NCBI GenBank assembly: GCA_027623195.1
Contig: JAQBUT010000007.1
Location: forward strand, 33,757 to 97,756
DNA from: Chloroflexota bacterium
GTDB lineage: Bacteria; Chloroflexota; Dehalococcoidia; Lucifugimonadales; JADFKI01
Reading direction: 5' to 3'
DNA: 64,000 bases
The notes beneath the pieces were generated by a model. It was not told the DNA's origin and did not search any database. It saw only the letters and a list, made by a program, of their open reading frames with translations. Below are positions 31,893 through 43,197 of the stretch, in pieces. The position numbers were made by a program, and so were the translations under genes. The first letter of the stretch is position 1; each line of letters starts with the position of its first letter.

Positions 31893-32558
31893 ATGCCGCT
31901 GAGGCTCAAAATCAAGCCGAGTGTCTGGTTTGGGCTACGGGTGGCGGCAATAGTTAGCACCGCAATGCTGGCAACGTTGGTCGTAGTTAGCTGTAGTCAA
32001 CCGCAGGCGGCTGTGCCTGCATCGACGGCAACGCCTGCCAGTTTAGCGACCGCAACGCCAACGGCAATTCCGGATGCGCCGTCTAACGAACCAGCGCCTG
32101 CCGTGACATTCATTCCGGTAACAACATCTGAAATTGCCCAGCTAGGCGAGTTGGCCCCCGACTTCGAACTGGAGCTGTTCGGTGGCGGCAAGGTCCTTCT
32201 ATCCGACTACAGGGGCGATGTCGTGGTGCTCAACTTCTGGGCTTCGTGGTGTCCGCCATGCCGAAAGGAGATGCCCGCATTCGAGCGAACGTGGCAGGAG
32301 TATCGCGACCAGGGCGTGGTGTTCGTCGGCGTGGCTGTGCAGGACCACGAGCCGGACGCCCGAGCTTTCGCCGAGGAAACCGGCGTCTCGTATCCGATAG
32401 GAATGGACTGGAACGGGCGAATCTTCCAGTCGTATCGCCCCACTGCCATGCCAACGACGTTCCTAATTGATCGAGAGGGCGTGGTCAGCAGAAGAATCGT
32501 CAGCTACGCCAACGAGGCTATGTTGAAGATTTTTCTTAAAGGGCAGCTAGACCAGTAA
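31893..32558 (+). CDS. TlpA/ResA-like thiol:disulfide oxidoreductase lipoprotein
   Basis: VVSC lipobox, APDF, LNFWASWCPPCRKEMP, PTTFLID; start uncertain. Confidence 0.88.
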   Translation: MPLRLKIKPSVWFGLRVAAIVSTAMLATLVVVSCSQPQAAVPASTATPASLATATPTAIPDAPSNEPAPAVTFIPVTTSEIAQLGELAPDFELELFGGGKVLLSDYRGDVVVLNFWASWCPPCRKEMPAFERTWQEYRDQGVVFVGVAVQDHEPDARAFAEETGVSYPIGMDWNGRIFQSYRPTAMPTTFLIDREGVVSRRIVSYANEAMLKIFLKGQLDQ

Positions 32559-32566
32559 ATCCGCGC

Positions 32567-33853
32567 CTACCACAAGGTCATCGAGTCCAGGAAGAGCTGC
32601 CTCAACTCGGGAGCGCCCACTGGCCTCGGCGACAGGTTTATCACCCTGTGCTGAGGTAAAGTGCCTTCTACCAGAGCGTCCACGTCATTAGGCGTATAAC
32701 CGATTGCGCTCAGCCCATTTGGCACTTCGATCTGCTTAATCAGTTTCACAATAGCGTCAGCCAGGATGTCTCCTGCGTCCTCAGGACTGGCCCCTGAGAT
32801 ATCCGCGCCCATTAGCCTTGCCGCGTGAAGGTGTCGTTCAGGATTTGTAGGCCCCGTGAAACGGAACACCGCCGGCGCATTCATAATGACGGACATTCCA
32901 TGCGGCACCAGAGCCTCTCCCACAGGGTATCCCTCCGGCACGAAGCCGTGGACCATACCCGAAACGGGATAGGACATACCGTGGGGCAGGTGGCATCCGG
33001 CATTTCCGAACCCTACCCCCGCGAAGGTCGCCGCCAGCATCATCTCGCTGCGGGCATCGATGTCTTCCGCATCGTTGAACGCCCTTACCATATTGCCCGC
33101 CACCATCTCGATTGCCCTGGTCGACCATACGTCGCTGATGGGGTTGGAACCCTGGTAAGCGGGACGTAAGCCGGGACTCTCCGGCGCCTGGCGATCACTG
33201 TAGGGCAACGCAGTATAAGACTCCAGACCGTGGCAAAGAACGTCCAAGCCGCTACAGGCCACCACCATTTTGGGAAGGGTGCGAGAGTGATTGGGATCCA
33301 CCAGGCCCATGACAGGCCTCAGCGCCCGGTGGGCAATTCCCGTCTTTGCTCCCATCTCCAGGAAATCGAATATGGACACACCAGTCGTTTCGCTGCCGGT
33401 CCCAGATGTGGTGGGAATAGCAACGAGCGGCTTCAGCGGGCCAGGCACCGGTTTGCCCTGTCCGACAGGGGCATTAACGTAGGTCAGAAAATCGTCGGGA
33501 TACGTCGAATAAAGATTGGCGGCCTTGGCGGTGTCTATGCTGGAGCCGCCGCCCACGGCTACGAATCCGTCAAAGTTGCCCTCAGTCGCAAAGCGAATTG
33601 CCTCCTTGAAGGACACGTCCGTGGGTTCCACGTGCACTCCATCGAAAAGCACTGCGTCGATGCCCTCGGCCTTCAGCGACGACATGGTGATGGAGACCGC
33701 CTCGCTATCGGTCATGCCGGGGTCGGTCACGACCATGACCCTGTGCGAGCCGAGGCGGTTCATCTCGTAACCAACCTCGGCCGTGACGCCGGGGCCATAC
33801 TTGATGCCGGAGGTTTCGATAGTGAATGCGGTTTCAAGGCTTTGACTGCTCAT
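32567..33853 (-). CDS. hydroxyacid-oxoacid transhydrogenase (Fe-ADH family)
   Basis: GGGSSIDTAKA, YVNAPVGQG, GTGSETT, RPAYQGSNP, HLPHGMSYPVSG. Confidence 0.9.
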   Translation of the reverse strand: MSSQSLETAFTIETSGIKYGPGVTAEVGYEMNRLGSHRVMVVTDPGMTDSEAVSITMSSLKAEGIDAVLFDGVHVEPTDVSFKEAIRFATEGNFDGFVAVGGGSSIDTAKAANLYSTYPDDFLTYVNAPVGQGKPVPGPLKPLVAIPTTSGTGSETTGVSIFDFLEMGAKTGIAHRALRPVMGLVDPNHSRTLPKMVVACSGLDVLCHGLESYTALPYSDRQAPESPGLRPAYQGSNPISDVWSTRAIEMVAGNMVRAFNDAEDIDARSEMMLAATFAGVGFGNAGCHLPHGMSYPVSGMVHGFVPEGYPVGEALVPHGMSVIMNAPAVFRFTGPTNPERHLHAARLMGADISGASPEDAGDILADAIVKLIKQIEVPNGLSAIGYTPNDVDALVEGTLPQHRVINLSPRPVGAPELRQLFLDSMTLW

Positions 33854-33981
33854 TCTACTTCCTCTTGGGACAGGTGGATTTTTCGCCGAACATTGTAGCA
33901 TGGTCAACTCGGGGGCAATCATGCTAGAGTTACAAAAAGTTTTGCATAAGAAAGCATAACCGACACTGGGAGAATTGAGCT

Positions 33982-34839
33982 TTGACACAATCTACAGCAG
34001 TTTACGACCGCAGCAAATGCTACGAAATTAAGGTGTTCGACGTCGAGTACCTGGAATCGGGCGGGACCAGGTGGATGGCCCGCATCTACCAACCCCAGGG
34101 CACAGGACCCTTCCCGGCCTTCCTCGACGTGCACGGCGGCGCATGGCAGGGCGGCAGCCGCACCGACGGCGAGGTTGTGGACGAGGTGCTGGCAAAGAGT
34201 GGCATTCTCGTGGCAGCCATCGATTTTCGCACCGCCCCCGACCATCAGTACCCATCACAGGTGGCCGACGTCAATTATGGCATTCGCTGGCTGAAATCTG
34301 CGGCCAAGGACTACAACGGAGACGCCAGCAGGCTTGGCGCCATAGGCAGGTCCAGCGGCGGACACACCACGATGCTGGCAGCCATGCGTCCCAACGACCC
34401 TCGCTACAAGTCCATCCCCCTACCGTCTGGGGAAGACGTAAGCGCGGAGCTGACATACTTCATTGGCGCGTCGCCAGTGCTGGACTCGTACGGCCGTTAC
34501 CTGTACGCAAAGAATGCAGGCGAAGAGCGTTTGATGGCTGGCAGTCTTAGCTACTTCGGCGACGAGGATACGATGAAGGAGGGCAGTCCGCAGGTTATCC
34601 TTGACCGCGAAGAGAAGGTAACCATGCCGCCAACCCTCATCATCCACGGCACTGCCGACGGCAACGTTCCCAACTACATTCCAGAGAACTTCACGAAGTC
34701 CTATCGTGCCGCCGGAGGGGATATTCGCCTGGAGCTATTCGAGGATATGTACCACAGCTTCGTCAAGGACGCCTCGCCCGAGACTGACAAGGCAACGGTG
34801 ATGATTCAGGATTTTATCGCAAAGCATTTAGCTGGGTAG
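33982..34839 (+). CDS. alpha/beta hydrolase (HSL-like esterase)
   Basis: HGGAW oxyanion motif, GRSSGG nucleophile, HGTAD, C-terminal His. Confidence 0.88.
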   Translation: MTQSTAVYDRSKCYEIKVFDVEYLESGGTRWMARIYQPQGTGPFPAFLDVHGGAWQGGSRTDGEVVDEVLAKSGILVAAIDFRTAPDHQYPSQVADVNYGIRWLKSAAKDYNGDASRLGAIGRSSGGHTTMLAAMRPNDPRYKSIPLPSGEDVSAELTYFIGASPVLDSYGRYLYAKNAGEERLMAGSLSYFGDEDTMKEGSPQVILDREEKVTMPPTLIIHGTADGNVPNYIPENFTKSYRAAGGDIRLELFEDMYHSFVKDASPETDKATVMIQDFIAKHLAG

Positions 34840-34889
34840 CTTCATAGATAATAGATGTATGGGTTATTGCAGGCTCCGGAGTAAAAAAC

Positions 34890-35771
34890 ATGGCAGTCAC
34901 ATCCAAAGAAGGATATGTAGAAGTCCCGGGCGGTAAGGTCTGGTTCGAGGTGCTTGGAGACGGCCCGGGCCTCCCTCTGATAACGCTGCATGGCGGCCCA
35001 GGGTCTACCCACTACGGGCTGGAGCCGCTCAGGGCGTTGGCCGATGATCGACCCGTCGTCTTTTACGACCAGTTGGGTTGCGGAAGCTCCGACCGGCCGG
35101 ATGACCTTAGCCTGTGGACGGTGGAGCGCTTCGTAGAAGAATTGCACCTTCTTAGGCAGGCCCTTGGCTTTGAGCATACGCACATCCTGGGCCACTCCTG
35201 GGGCACCATGCTAGGCGCGGACTACTACCTCACGCATCCAGAAGGCATCGCTAGCCTCATCATGTCCAGTCCGTGCATTAGCATCGAGAAATGGATAGAG
35301 GACTGCAATCGCTACAGGAGCCAGCTTCCTGCGGAGGCCCAGGAAGCCATGGACAGACACGAGGCTGCCGGCACCACAGACTCGCGCGAGTACAGAGCCG
35401 CCGAGGGGGAGTTCACCAAGCGCCACGTTCGGAGAATCGACCCCATGCCCCCGGCAATGCTTAAGGGCCGTGCAACGCGGAGCGCCATAGTCTACGAGAC
35501 CATGTGGGGACCCAGCGAGTTCTACATGACCGGCAACCTCAAGGGCTACGACCGCTCTCCGGACCTGCACAAGATCAGCGTACCGACGCTGTACTCCTGC
35601 GGCAGGGTAGACGAGGCCGCGCCGGACACAGTCGAATGGTACGCCAGCCTCACGCCCAACGCCGAGTTCGTTGTGTACGAGAACAGCGCCCACATGCCCT
35701 ACTGGGAGGAGACGGACCGCTACCTCAGCGTCGTCCGTGATTTCTTGGCCAGGGCAGAAGGCCAAGGTTAA
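34890..35771 (+). CDS. proline iminopeptidase family hydrolase
   Basis: HGGPG, YDQLGCG.S, GHSWG, MWGPSEF, SAHM. Confidence 0.9.
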   Translation: MAVTSKEGYVEVPGGKVWFEVLGDGPGLPLITLHGGPGSTHYGLEPLRALADDRPVVFYDQLGCGSSDRPDDLSLWTVERFVEELHLLRQALGFEHTHILGHSWGTMLGADYYLTHPEGIASLIMSSPCISIEKWIEDCNRYRSQLPAEAQEAMDRHEAAGTTDSREYRAAEGEFTKRHVRRIDPMPPAMLKGRATRSAIVYETMWGPSEFYMTGNLKGYDRSPDLHKISVPTLYSCGRVDEAAPDTVEWYASLTPNAEFVVYENSAHMPYWEETDRYLSVVRDFLARAEGQG

Positions 35772-35813
35772 GGCCAATCGCCAAGTAGGTGTTATCAATA
35801 AGCCAATAAAACA

Positions 35814-35841
35814 AAGAGGCCCGGGATAACGCGGGCCTCTT
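35814..35841. terminator. bidirectional terminator between convergent genes
   Basis: AAGAGGCCCG-loop-CGGGCCTCTT. Confidence 0.7.
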
Positions 35842-35871
35842 CTTCTTAAGCTTAGACCTTGCCTTGCCTGG

Positions 35872-38130
35872 TTAGCTCTCTATGGCTTTGCGAACGGCCT
35901 GAGGATTCAGGGGCAGGCTGTACATTCGCTTGCCGAGCGCCCTGCTGACTGCGTTGGTAATCGTTGCCAGCGGCGGCACTATGTTGGCCTCGCCTACGCC
36001 CTTCACACCGTAAGGGTGATTAGGGTTGGGCACCTCGATCATCACGGACTCGATCATAGGCAGGTCCAGAGAGGTGGGCATGCGGTAGTCCAGCAGGCTC
36101 ACGTTCATCATTTTGCCGTCGTTCATGTAATATTCTTCGTTGAGCGCCCAGCCAATGCCCTGCACTGTTCCGCCCTGTATCTGTCCTTCGACGACCACAG
36201 GGTAGATAGCCGTTCCGACATCCTGGAAGGCCGTGTAGCGTAGGATGTCTACCTTGCCTGTTTCCGGGTCTACCGCGACGTCTACAATGTTGGAGGCGTA
36301 TGACCCAGCGGAACCACCTGGATTCATGTTGGCGCGGCCGACAATTGGACCACCCGTCCGAGGCATCATGGCAGCCATCTCCTGGAAGGACATACGCAGG
36401 TCATTGTCAGTCTTGTGCTGCAGACCGCCGTTCACGAATTCCACCTGGCTCTCGTCGGTCTCCCAGACCATTGCCGCTCTCTGAATCATCTGCCTTTTTA
36501 CGTCGTTGGCAGCTTCGAATGCGACCCAGCCTGTTTTGAAGGCGACCCCGCTGCCTCCAGTGTTGGACGTATAGCCCACAGAGTCGGTGTCGCCAACGCT
36601 GGGGATAATGTCGTCGGAATTAAGGCCGAGCGTCTCGGCGAACATAAGGGCGATGGCCGTGCGTGACCCGCCGATGTCGACTGAGCCCTCCACCAGACTC
36701 ACCCTGCCGTTGGAGAGAACGTTTGCTATAGCGCAGGACATTCCCGAGTTGTTTCGGCAGAAGCCCATGCCCACGCCTCGAGCCACCATTTTGCCCTCTA
36801 CCTGAGGGAGCGGCGCGTTGTAGTGGTCGTGGTCTCGGGTGGCCTCCATAACTTCCTTGGCGCCGATAGGTCCGTTCAGGGCTCCGTCTGCTCGACGAGT
36901 TCCCTGGGTTGCTACGTTAACCAGACGAAATGCCATTGGGTCCATGCCAATTTCAGATGATATCTCGTCCATCATGCTCTCGGCAGCGTAGCAAACGAGA
37001 GGGGCACCGGGCGCCCGATAGGCCTCGGTCTTGGGCTTATTGGTCATTACGTCAAATGCGTCGATGTGCACGTTTTCGATAACGTACGGCGAGAATATTG
37101 CAGCCGCAGCGCCGGATATGGGAGCGCCGGGATAGGCTCCGCCCTCAAAAGCGTAGTAAGCCTTCGCCGCCGTGATCTTTCCGTCTTTGGTAACGCCCAC
37201 CTTGAGCTTGATGTGTCCGCCGGAAGTGGGGCCTGATGCCTCCAACACCTCCGCGCGAGTCATCGTCAGTTTAACGGGATTGCCACTCTTCTTGGACATA
37301 ACAGCAGCCACCGGCTCCAGGTAGATCGGGTTCTTGCCGCCGAAGCCGCCACCGATCTCCATGGGGACTACCTTAATGCCTGAAACGGGAATGCCCAAAA
37401 CCTTAGCTGTCCTATCGCGGACGCCGAAGTGACCCTGGCTACTGCACCAGACGGTCAGCCTGCCATCTGGGGACCACCAGCAAGTGGCGGTGTGTGGCTC
37501 TAAGTAACCCTGATGAACGGAACTGGTCCGATATTCCCTTTCCAGAACAACGTCGGCCTCTCCGAATCCCTTGTCCACATCTCCGAAGACGTGTTGCTCG
37601 TGGACCGCGATGTTTTTGCTGGAAGGCGCTCCGCCAACTCCGCCCTTCTCAACCCAGTTTTCGTGAAGAACCGTGGCCCCAGATGCCAGCGACTCCTCAA
37701 CTGTGGACACGCTGGGCAAGACCTCGTACTGCACTTCGATGAGCGCTAATGCGTCTTCAGCAGCGTGTACGCTGGTTGCGGCAACGGCCGCAATCGCGTG
37801 GCCCCTGTAATAGACTTTGTCTTTGGCCAGCAGGTTTTCGCCCAGGGAGACGCCCATGACGTTCTCCTGCTTGACTGCTCCAGCGTCGGAGAAGTCCTTG
37901 TACGTCGCAACGGCCCTGACATCCGGGTGCGCCTCGGCCTTACTGGTGTCGATGGATAACACACGGGCATGAGCGTGCGGACTTCTGAGAATCTTGCCCT
38001 GAAGCATTCCCGGCAGGTTCATATCCGCGCCGTACAGCGCGCGGCCCGTTACCTTATCAACGCCGTCATGCCTGATGGGGCTGGTGCCTACTACTCTATA
38101 TTCCGGTTTAGGTGAAGCAGTACTCGTCAT
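35872..38130 (-). CDS. xanthine dehydrogenase family molybdopterin-binding large subunit
   Basis: DKVTGRA, RSPHAHA, GGGFGGK, AYRAPG, QIQGG, KGVGE. Confidence 0.9.
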   Translation of the reverse strand: MTSTASPKPEYRVVGTSPIRHDGVDKVTGRALYGADMNLPGMLQGKILRSPHAHARVLSIDTSKAEAHPDVRAVATYKDFSDAGAVKQENVMGVSLGENLLAKDKVYYRGHAIAAVAATSVHAAEDALALIEVQYEVLPSVSTVEESLASGATVLHENWVEKGGVGGAPSSKNIAVHEQHVFGDVDKGFGEADVVLEREYRTSSVHQGYLEPHTATCWWSPDGRLTVWCSSQGHFGVRDRTAKVLGIPVSGIKVVPMEIGGGFGGKNPIYLEPVAAVMSKKSGNPVKLTMTRAEVLEASGPTSGGHIKLKVGVTKDGKITAAKAYYAFEGGAYPGAPISGAAAAIFSPYVIENVHIDAFDVMTNKPKTEAYRAPGAPLVCYAAESMMDEISSEIGMDPMAFRLVNVATQGTRRADGALNGPIGAKEVMEATRDHDHYNAPLPQVEGKMVARGVGMGFCRNNSGMSCAIANVLSNGRVSLVEGSVDIGGSRTAIALMFAETLGLNSDDIIPSVGDTDSVGYTSNTGGSGVAFKTGWVAFEAANDVKRQMIQRAAMVWETDESQVEFVNGGLQHKTDNDLRMSFQEMAAMMPRTGGPIVGRANMNPGGSAGSYASNIVDVAVDPETGKVDILRYTAFQDVGTAIYPVVVEGQIQGGTVQGIGWALNEEYYMNDGKMMNVSLLDYRMPTSLDLPMIESVMIEVPNPNHPYGVKGVGEANIVPPLATITNAVSRALGKRMYSLPLNPQAVRKAIES

Positions 38131-38374
38131 TCCATATACCTCTGCATAATTTGGTCTCTTTCTTAGAGATGTGCCTATATTATCACATAGCTCCCACCAA
38201 TACGGCACGGAGACCCACGGGGCTGCAATGCTAAATAAGCAGCGCCTGGTGGGAACTTTAGTAGGACAGGTTTTACGGGATTTGCCGTTCCAAATGGCGT
38301 TGAGAATGAGAAGATTACGGTATAGCCTTAGAACATCGGCCTGTACGTAATGGATTTCTATGCGGAGGGGAATC

Positions 38375-38533
38375 ATGAGTATCTTACGTATCGTCAACCT
38401 GGTAGTGCTGATCCTCGGAATAGCCGGTGGCCTTTACTACACGGTTTCCGACAACCATTTACAGGGGATTATAGTAGTCCTCATGGGCATACTTTGGTTC
38501 GTCAGCGTCCCTCACATCATCGGGGACGAGTAA
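38375..38533 (+). CDS. small two-TM membrane protein (52 aa)
   Basis: GGAGGGG RBS; MSILRIVNLVVLILGIAGGLYYTVSDNHLQGIIVVLMGILWFVSVPHIIGDE; terminator follows. Confidence 0.6.
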   Translation: MSILRIVNLVVLILGIAGGLYYTVSDNHLQGIIVVLMGILWFVSVPHIIGDE

Positions 38534-38570
38534 ATATTTTCTATAATAGACCGGCAGGCGAAAACTTAGG

Positions 38571-38594
38571 CCGGGGCTAAACGCCCCGGTTTTT
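38571..38594 (+). terminator. intrinsic terminator
   Basis: CCGGGGC-TAAAC-GCCCCGG then TTTTT. Confidence 0.7.
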
Positions 38595-38621
38595 GCTTCC
38601 CCAAACCGCCCTCAGTGCTTG

Positions 38622-38688
38622 TTCTTCACATTTTGCTCATGGCAAAATTAGCATCTTCACGACTTCCTCACATCCCGCACTTTAGAGT
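38622..38688 (+). promoter_or_regulatory. cox operon promoter with two direct-repeat boxes and TAGAGT -10
   Basis: TTCAC-N6-CTCAT and TTCAC-N6-CTCAC, the latter 11 nt before TAGAGT. Confidence 0.5.
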
Positions 38689-38744
38689 AGTTCGCAATAA
38701 CCGCGCTTCCTTTTCCGTCACACTCGAATTATAAGGAGTCCGTA

Positions 38745-39491
38745 TTGCGGAGTGATTTTAAGGACATAGTCTTCGTGTTTTTCATCTGGGCCATCTTCAC
38801 GGCCATCGGATACGCGGTGATCCTGCTGTTCACTCCCTTTCCGGTGGCCGCTGCCGAAGAGGCCCATCTTATTGACGAGGCCTTCACAGTCCTCACTCTA
38901 TTTGCAGTGCCTGTGTTCACATTTGTAATCGTCATTTTGGTATACGGCGCCATTAAATTCCGTAGAAAAGGCGAACCAACGGAAGACGGCCCACCGGAGC
39001 GTGGCCAAAAGCCCCTGATTTTGACCTGGTTCGCGGCATCCACTGTTCTAACCGCCGTGCTGATAATCTTCCCCGGAGTTACAGGGATCCTGGAACTGCG
39101 GCATCTGGACAGGCAGCCGGCGGACGTTGTGGTGCAAGTGCAAGGGCAACAGTTCGCGTGGACCATGATTTACCCCCAGTATGGAGTCTCGAGCCGCGAG
39201 ATAGTGTTGCCAATAGACGAACACGTACGCTTCGAAATCACATCAAAGGATGTCCTCCATTCCTTCTGGATACCGGCATTCAGGATAAAGATCGACGCAG
39301 TGCCGGGGATGGTAACCACCACGGCCGCTACCCCAGACCTGCTGGGTGACTTCGATTCCGATGTGAACTTCAGGCTGCAGTGCGCGGAGATGTGCGGGAT
39401 TGGCCATAACGGCATGAGAAGACCAGTTCGCATAGTGGAGCGAAGCGAGTTCGACGCATGGATTGCCGAGCAAAATCCAATTCGGCAGTAG
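38745..39491 (+). CDS. coxB: cytochrome c oxidase subunit II
   Basis: DVLHSFWIP, CuA motif CAEMCGIGHNGM. Confidence 0.95.
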   Translation: MRSDFKDIVFVFFIWAIFTAIGYAVILLFTPFPVAAAEEAHLIDEAFTVLTLFAVPVFTFVIVILVYGAIKFRRKGEPTEDGPPERGQKPLILTWFAASTVLTAVLIIFPGVTGILELRHLDRQPADVVVQVQGQQFAWTMIYPQYGVSSREIVLPIDEHVRFEITSKDVLHSFWIPAFRIKIDAVPGMVTTTAATPDLLGDFDSDVNFRLQCAEMCGIGHNGMRRPVRIVERSEFDAWIAEQNPIRQ

Positions 39492-39530
39492 CCTTTCGAC
39501 TGATTGCGCTTTTTTAAGGAGAGCGGTTTT

Positions 39531-41378
<1,848 letters not shown>

Positions 41379-41465
41379 GTAATTTACGACAAATCCTCCT
41401 GGTCTTTTCGGCGCCTCGTACCCGCATTCGGGGCGTCGCAAAGGCCGGCATAAACTCAAAGGAAC

Positions 41466-41693
41466 ATGGGGTTGAACGAATCAACACAAAAGCAACAAAA
41501 GGGAAAGGGCATGCGTGTAATCATCGCGCTGGCCGCCTTGACCATCATCGAGTTCGCAGTAGCAGTCTTGTTGCCCGGTGAATACGGGGCAAACCTGCTC
41601 CTGGTCGTGATTGCCATCGTGAAAGGGTGGTTTGTTCTGGACTACTTTATGCACATCTTCAACGTTTGGAGACGGTCCGAAGGGCATAGTTAG
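41466..41693 (+). CDS. cytochrome c oxidase subunit IV family protein
   Basis: LTIIEF, AIVK..VLDYFMH; operon position. Confidence 0.8.
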   Translation: MGLNESTQKQQKGKGMRVIIALAALTIIEFAVAVLLPGEYGANLLLVVIAIVKGWFVLDYFMHIFNVWRRSEGHS

Positions 41694-41738
41694 GCAGGCC
41701 ACAACGAATCTTTAACTATCAGCAAGAGGTTGTCGAAA

Positions 41739-42308
41739 ATGGCATCAGTAACCCAGGTACAACATGAGGCCTTCTCGCGGCTAGCCATAAACCGCATTGG
41801 CCTATGGATGTTCTTTATATCGGAAACATTCCTGTTCGGGGCTGTAATTTCCACGCGCTATTACATACTCGGAGCGCAACGCCCAGAAGAACTAAACCAG
41901 ACCCTCGGCCTTCCGATTACTGCGGTGCTGCTGTTGAGCAGCCTGACGGCATACATGTCCGAGAGCGCGGCGGAACACGGAGACCAGAAGGGATTCGCCA
42001 GGAACATAATCCTGACCATAATCCTTGGCATTGTGTTCATGGTCGGCGTAGCCTACGAGTGGTTTGAAGCCTATCAACACTTCCCGCCCCACATCATATT
42101 CGGTTCTGTGTTCTTCACCACGACGGGCCTGCACGCCACCCATGTGCTCAGCGGCATCATTCTTCTGACAGTCATGTATTTCAAAGGGCGCAAGCCGGGA
42201 GCATTCGGACCTTCAGGCTACTGGGGCGCTGAAGGGGCCGTGAAGTACTGGCACTTCGTGGACGTGGCCTGGATATTCATCTACCCCACGCTGTACCTGG
42301 TGAAATGA
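41739..42308 (+). CDS. coxC: cytochrome c oxidase subunit III
   Basis: FFISETFLF, TGLHATHV, YWHFVDVAWI. Confidence 0.93.
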   Translation: MASVTQVQHEAFSRLAINRIGLWMFFISETFLFGAVISTRYYILGAQRPEELNQTLGLPITAVLLLSSLTAYMSESAAEHGDQKGFARNIILTIILGIVFMVGVAYEWFEAYQHFPPHIIFGSVFFTTTGLHATHVLSGIILLTVMYFKGRKPGAFGPSGYWGAEGAVKYWHFVDVAWIFIYPTLYLVK

Positions 42309-42336
42309 TTTTCGACTGAAGCAGTTTCGCTCTAAT

Positions 42337-42364
42337 TTGAGGGCGGCCCATAAGCCACCCTCAA
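42337..42364 (+). terminator. hairpin after cox operon
   Basis: TTGAGGGCGGC-loop-GCCACCCTCAA. Confidence 0.5.
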
Positions 42365-42437
42365 CAGTTTCCAGCAGGTCTTTCATCTGCTACTATGTCG
42401 GCGCCTATATAGATTTCCGATTGCGAGGTTTGCTGCC

Positions 42438-43097
42438 ATGAGCAGGTACTACGACGAATCCCTGATACCCGATGAGATGCGACGAAATTTCGACGTGTAC
42501 GACCGCATACGCGAGATAGGGCTGCCCCTGGGCACATTCGACGAGAACGTTGTCTCGCTGGCTAACGCGGGAATCGCCGGGGTTGTCTTCCAGGAGAGCG
42601 GGCTCGTGTACCTGTCCGGCACGTCGGCTGGCACCTACCCTATGAACGATGACGCAGAGCGAATCAAGCACGGCTTCCAGGGCGCGCAGGACGCGGCAGA
42701 CGTTCTCATTCGACGGCTCCACTGGGCAATCAGTTGCGGTGGTGAGGGCGACCTAAACGACGTGCTGTACACCGTAAAGGCTTTAGGCATGGTGGTCACA
42801 CCCGGCGGAGGCGCATCCAGCGCTGCACCTGCCGTCACCAATGGCTTCTCGTTCCGCTGGCAATCGGTGTATGGAGGACCACGAAGCTCCTACGCAGAAA
42901 ACGGTGTGGACTCAGGCGGCTTCTCCGGCATTCACGCCCGCAGCGCCATGGGTGGATTCGACGGGCGATTCTCCATAGAGCCCGAGATCATCGTTGCCAT
43001 ACCTCCTGCGTTGGCCCAGGACATTATAAAGAACCGAGGCTGGCTATTCCCCCTTCCACCGGCCATGCTGGAGAAGGTCAAAGCATCTCAAGGGTAA
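42438..43097 (+). CDS. divergent RidA/YjgF family protein
   Basis: LVYLSG, VKALGMV, VTNGFS, HARSAMG. Confidence 0.6.
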   Translation: MSRYYDESLIPDEMRRNFDVYDRIREIGLPLGTFDENVVSLANAGIAGVVFQESGLVYLSGTSAGTYPMNDDAERIKHGFQGAQDAADVLIRRLHWAISCGGEGDLNDVLYTVKALGMVVTPGGGASSAAPAVTNGFSFRWQSVYGGPRSSYAENGVDSGGFSGIHARSAMGGFDGRFSIEPEIIVAIPPALAQDIIKNRGWLFPLPPAMLEKVKASQG

Positions 43098-43197
43098 GCC
43101 TTAAAAGGTTGAGTGACTGAACGCAAACGCTTGACCCTTGGCGAATAGCCTCCGTACACTGGGCTATGGGAATGCCCACAGGAGGCGCCGCAGGCAT

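Noticed and set aside
35872..38130. Possible aerobic CO dehydrogenase CoxL
   Set aside because: Active-site loop is AYRAPG, not AYRCSFR (form I) or AYRGAGR (form II); no coxM/coxS adjacent
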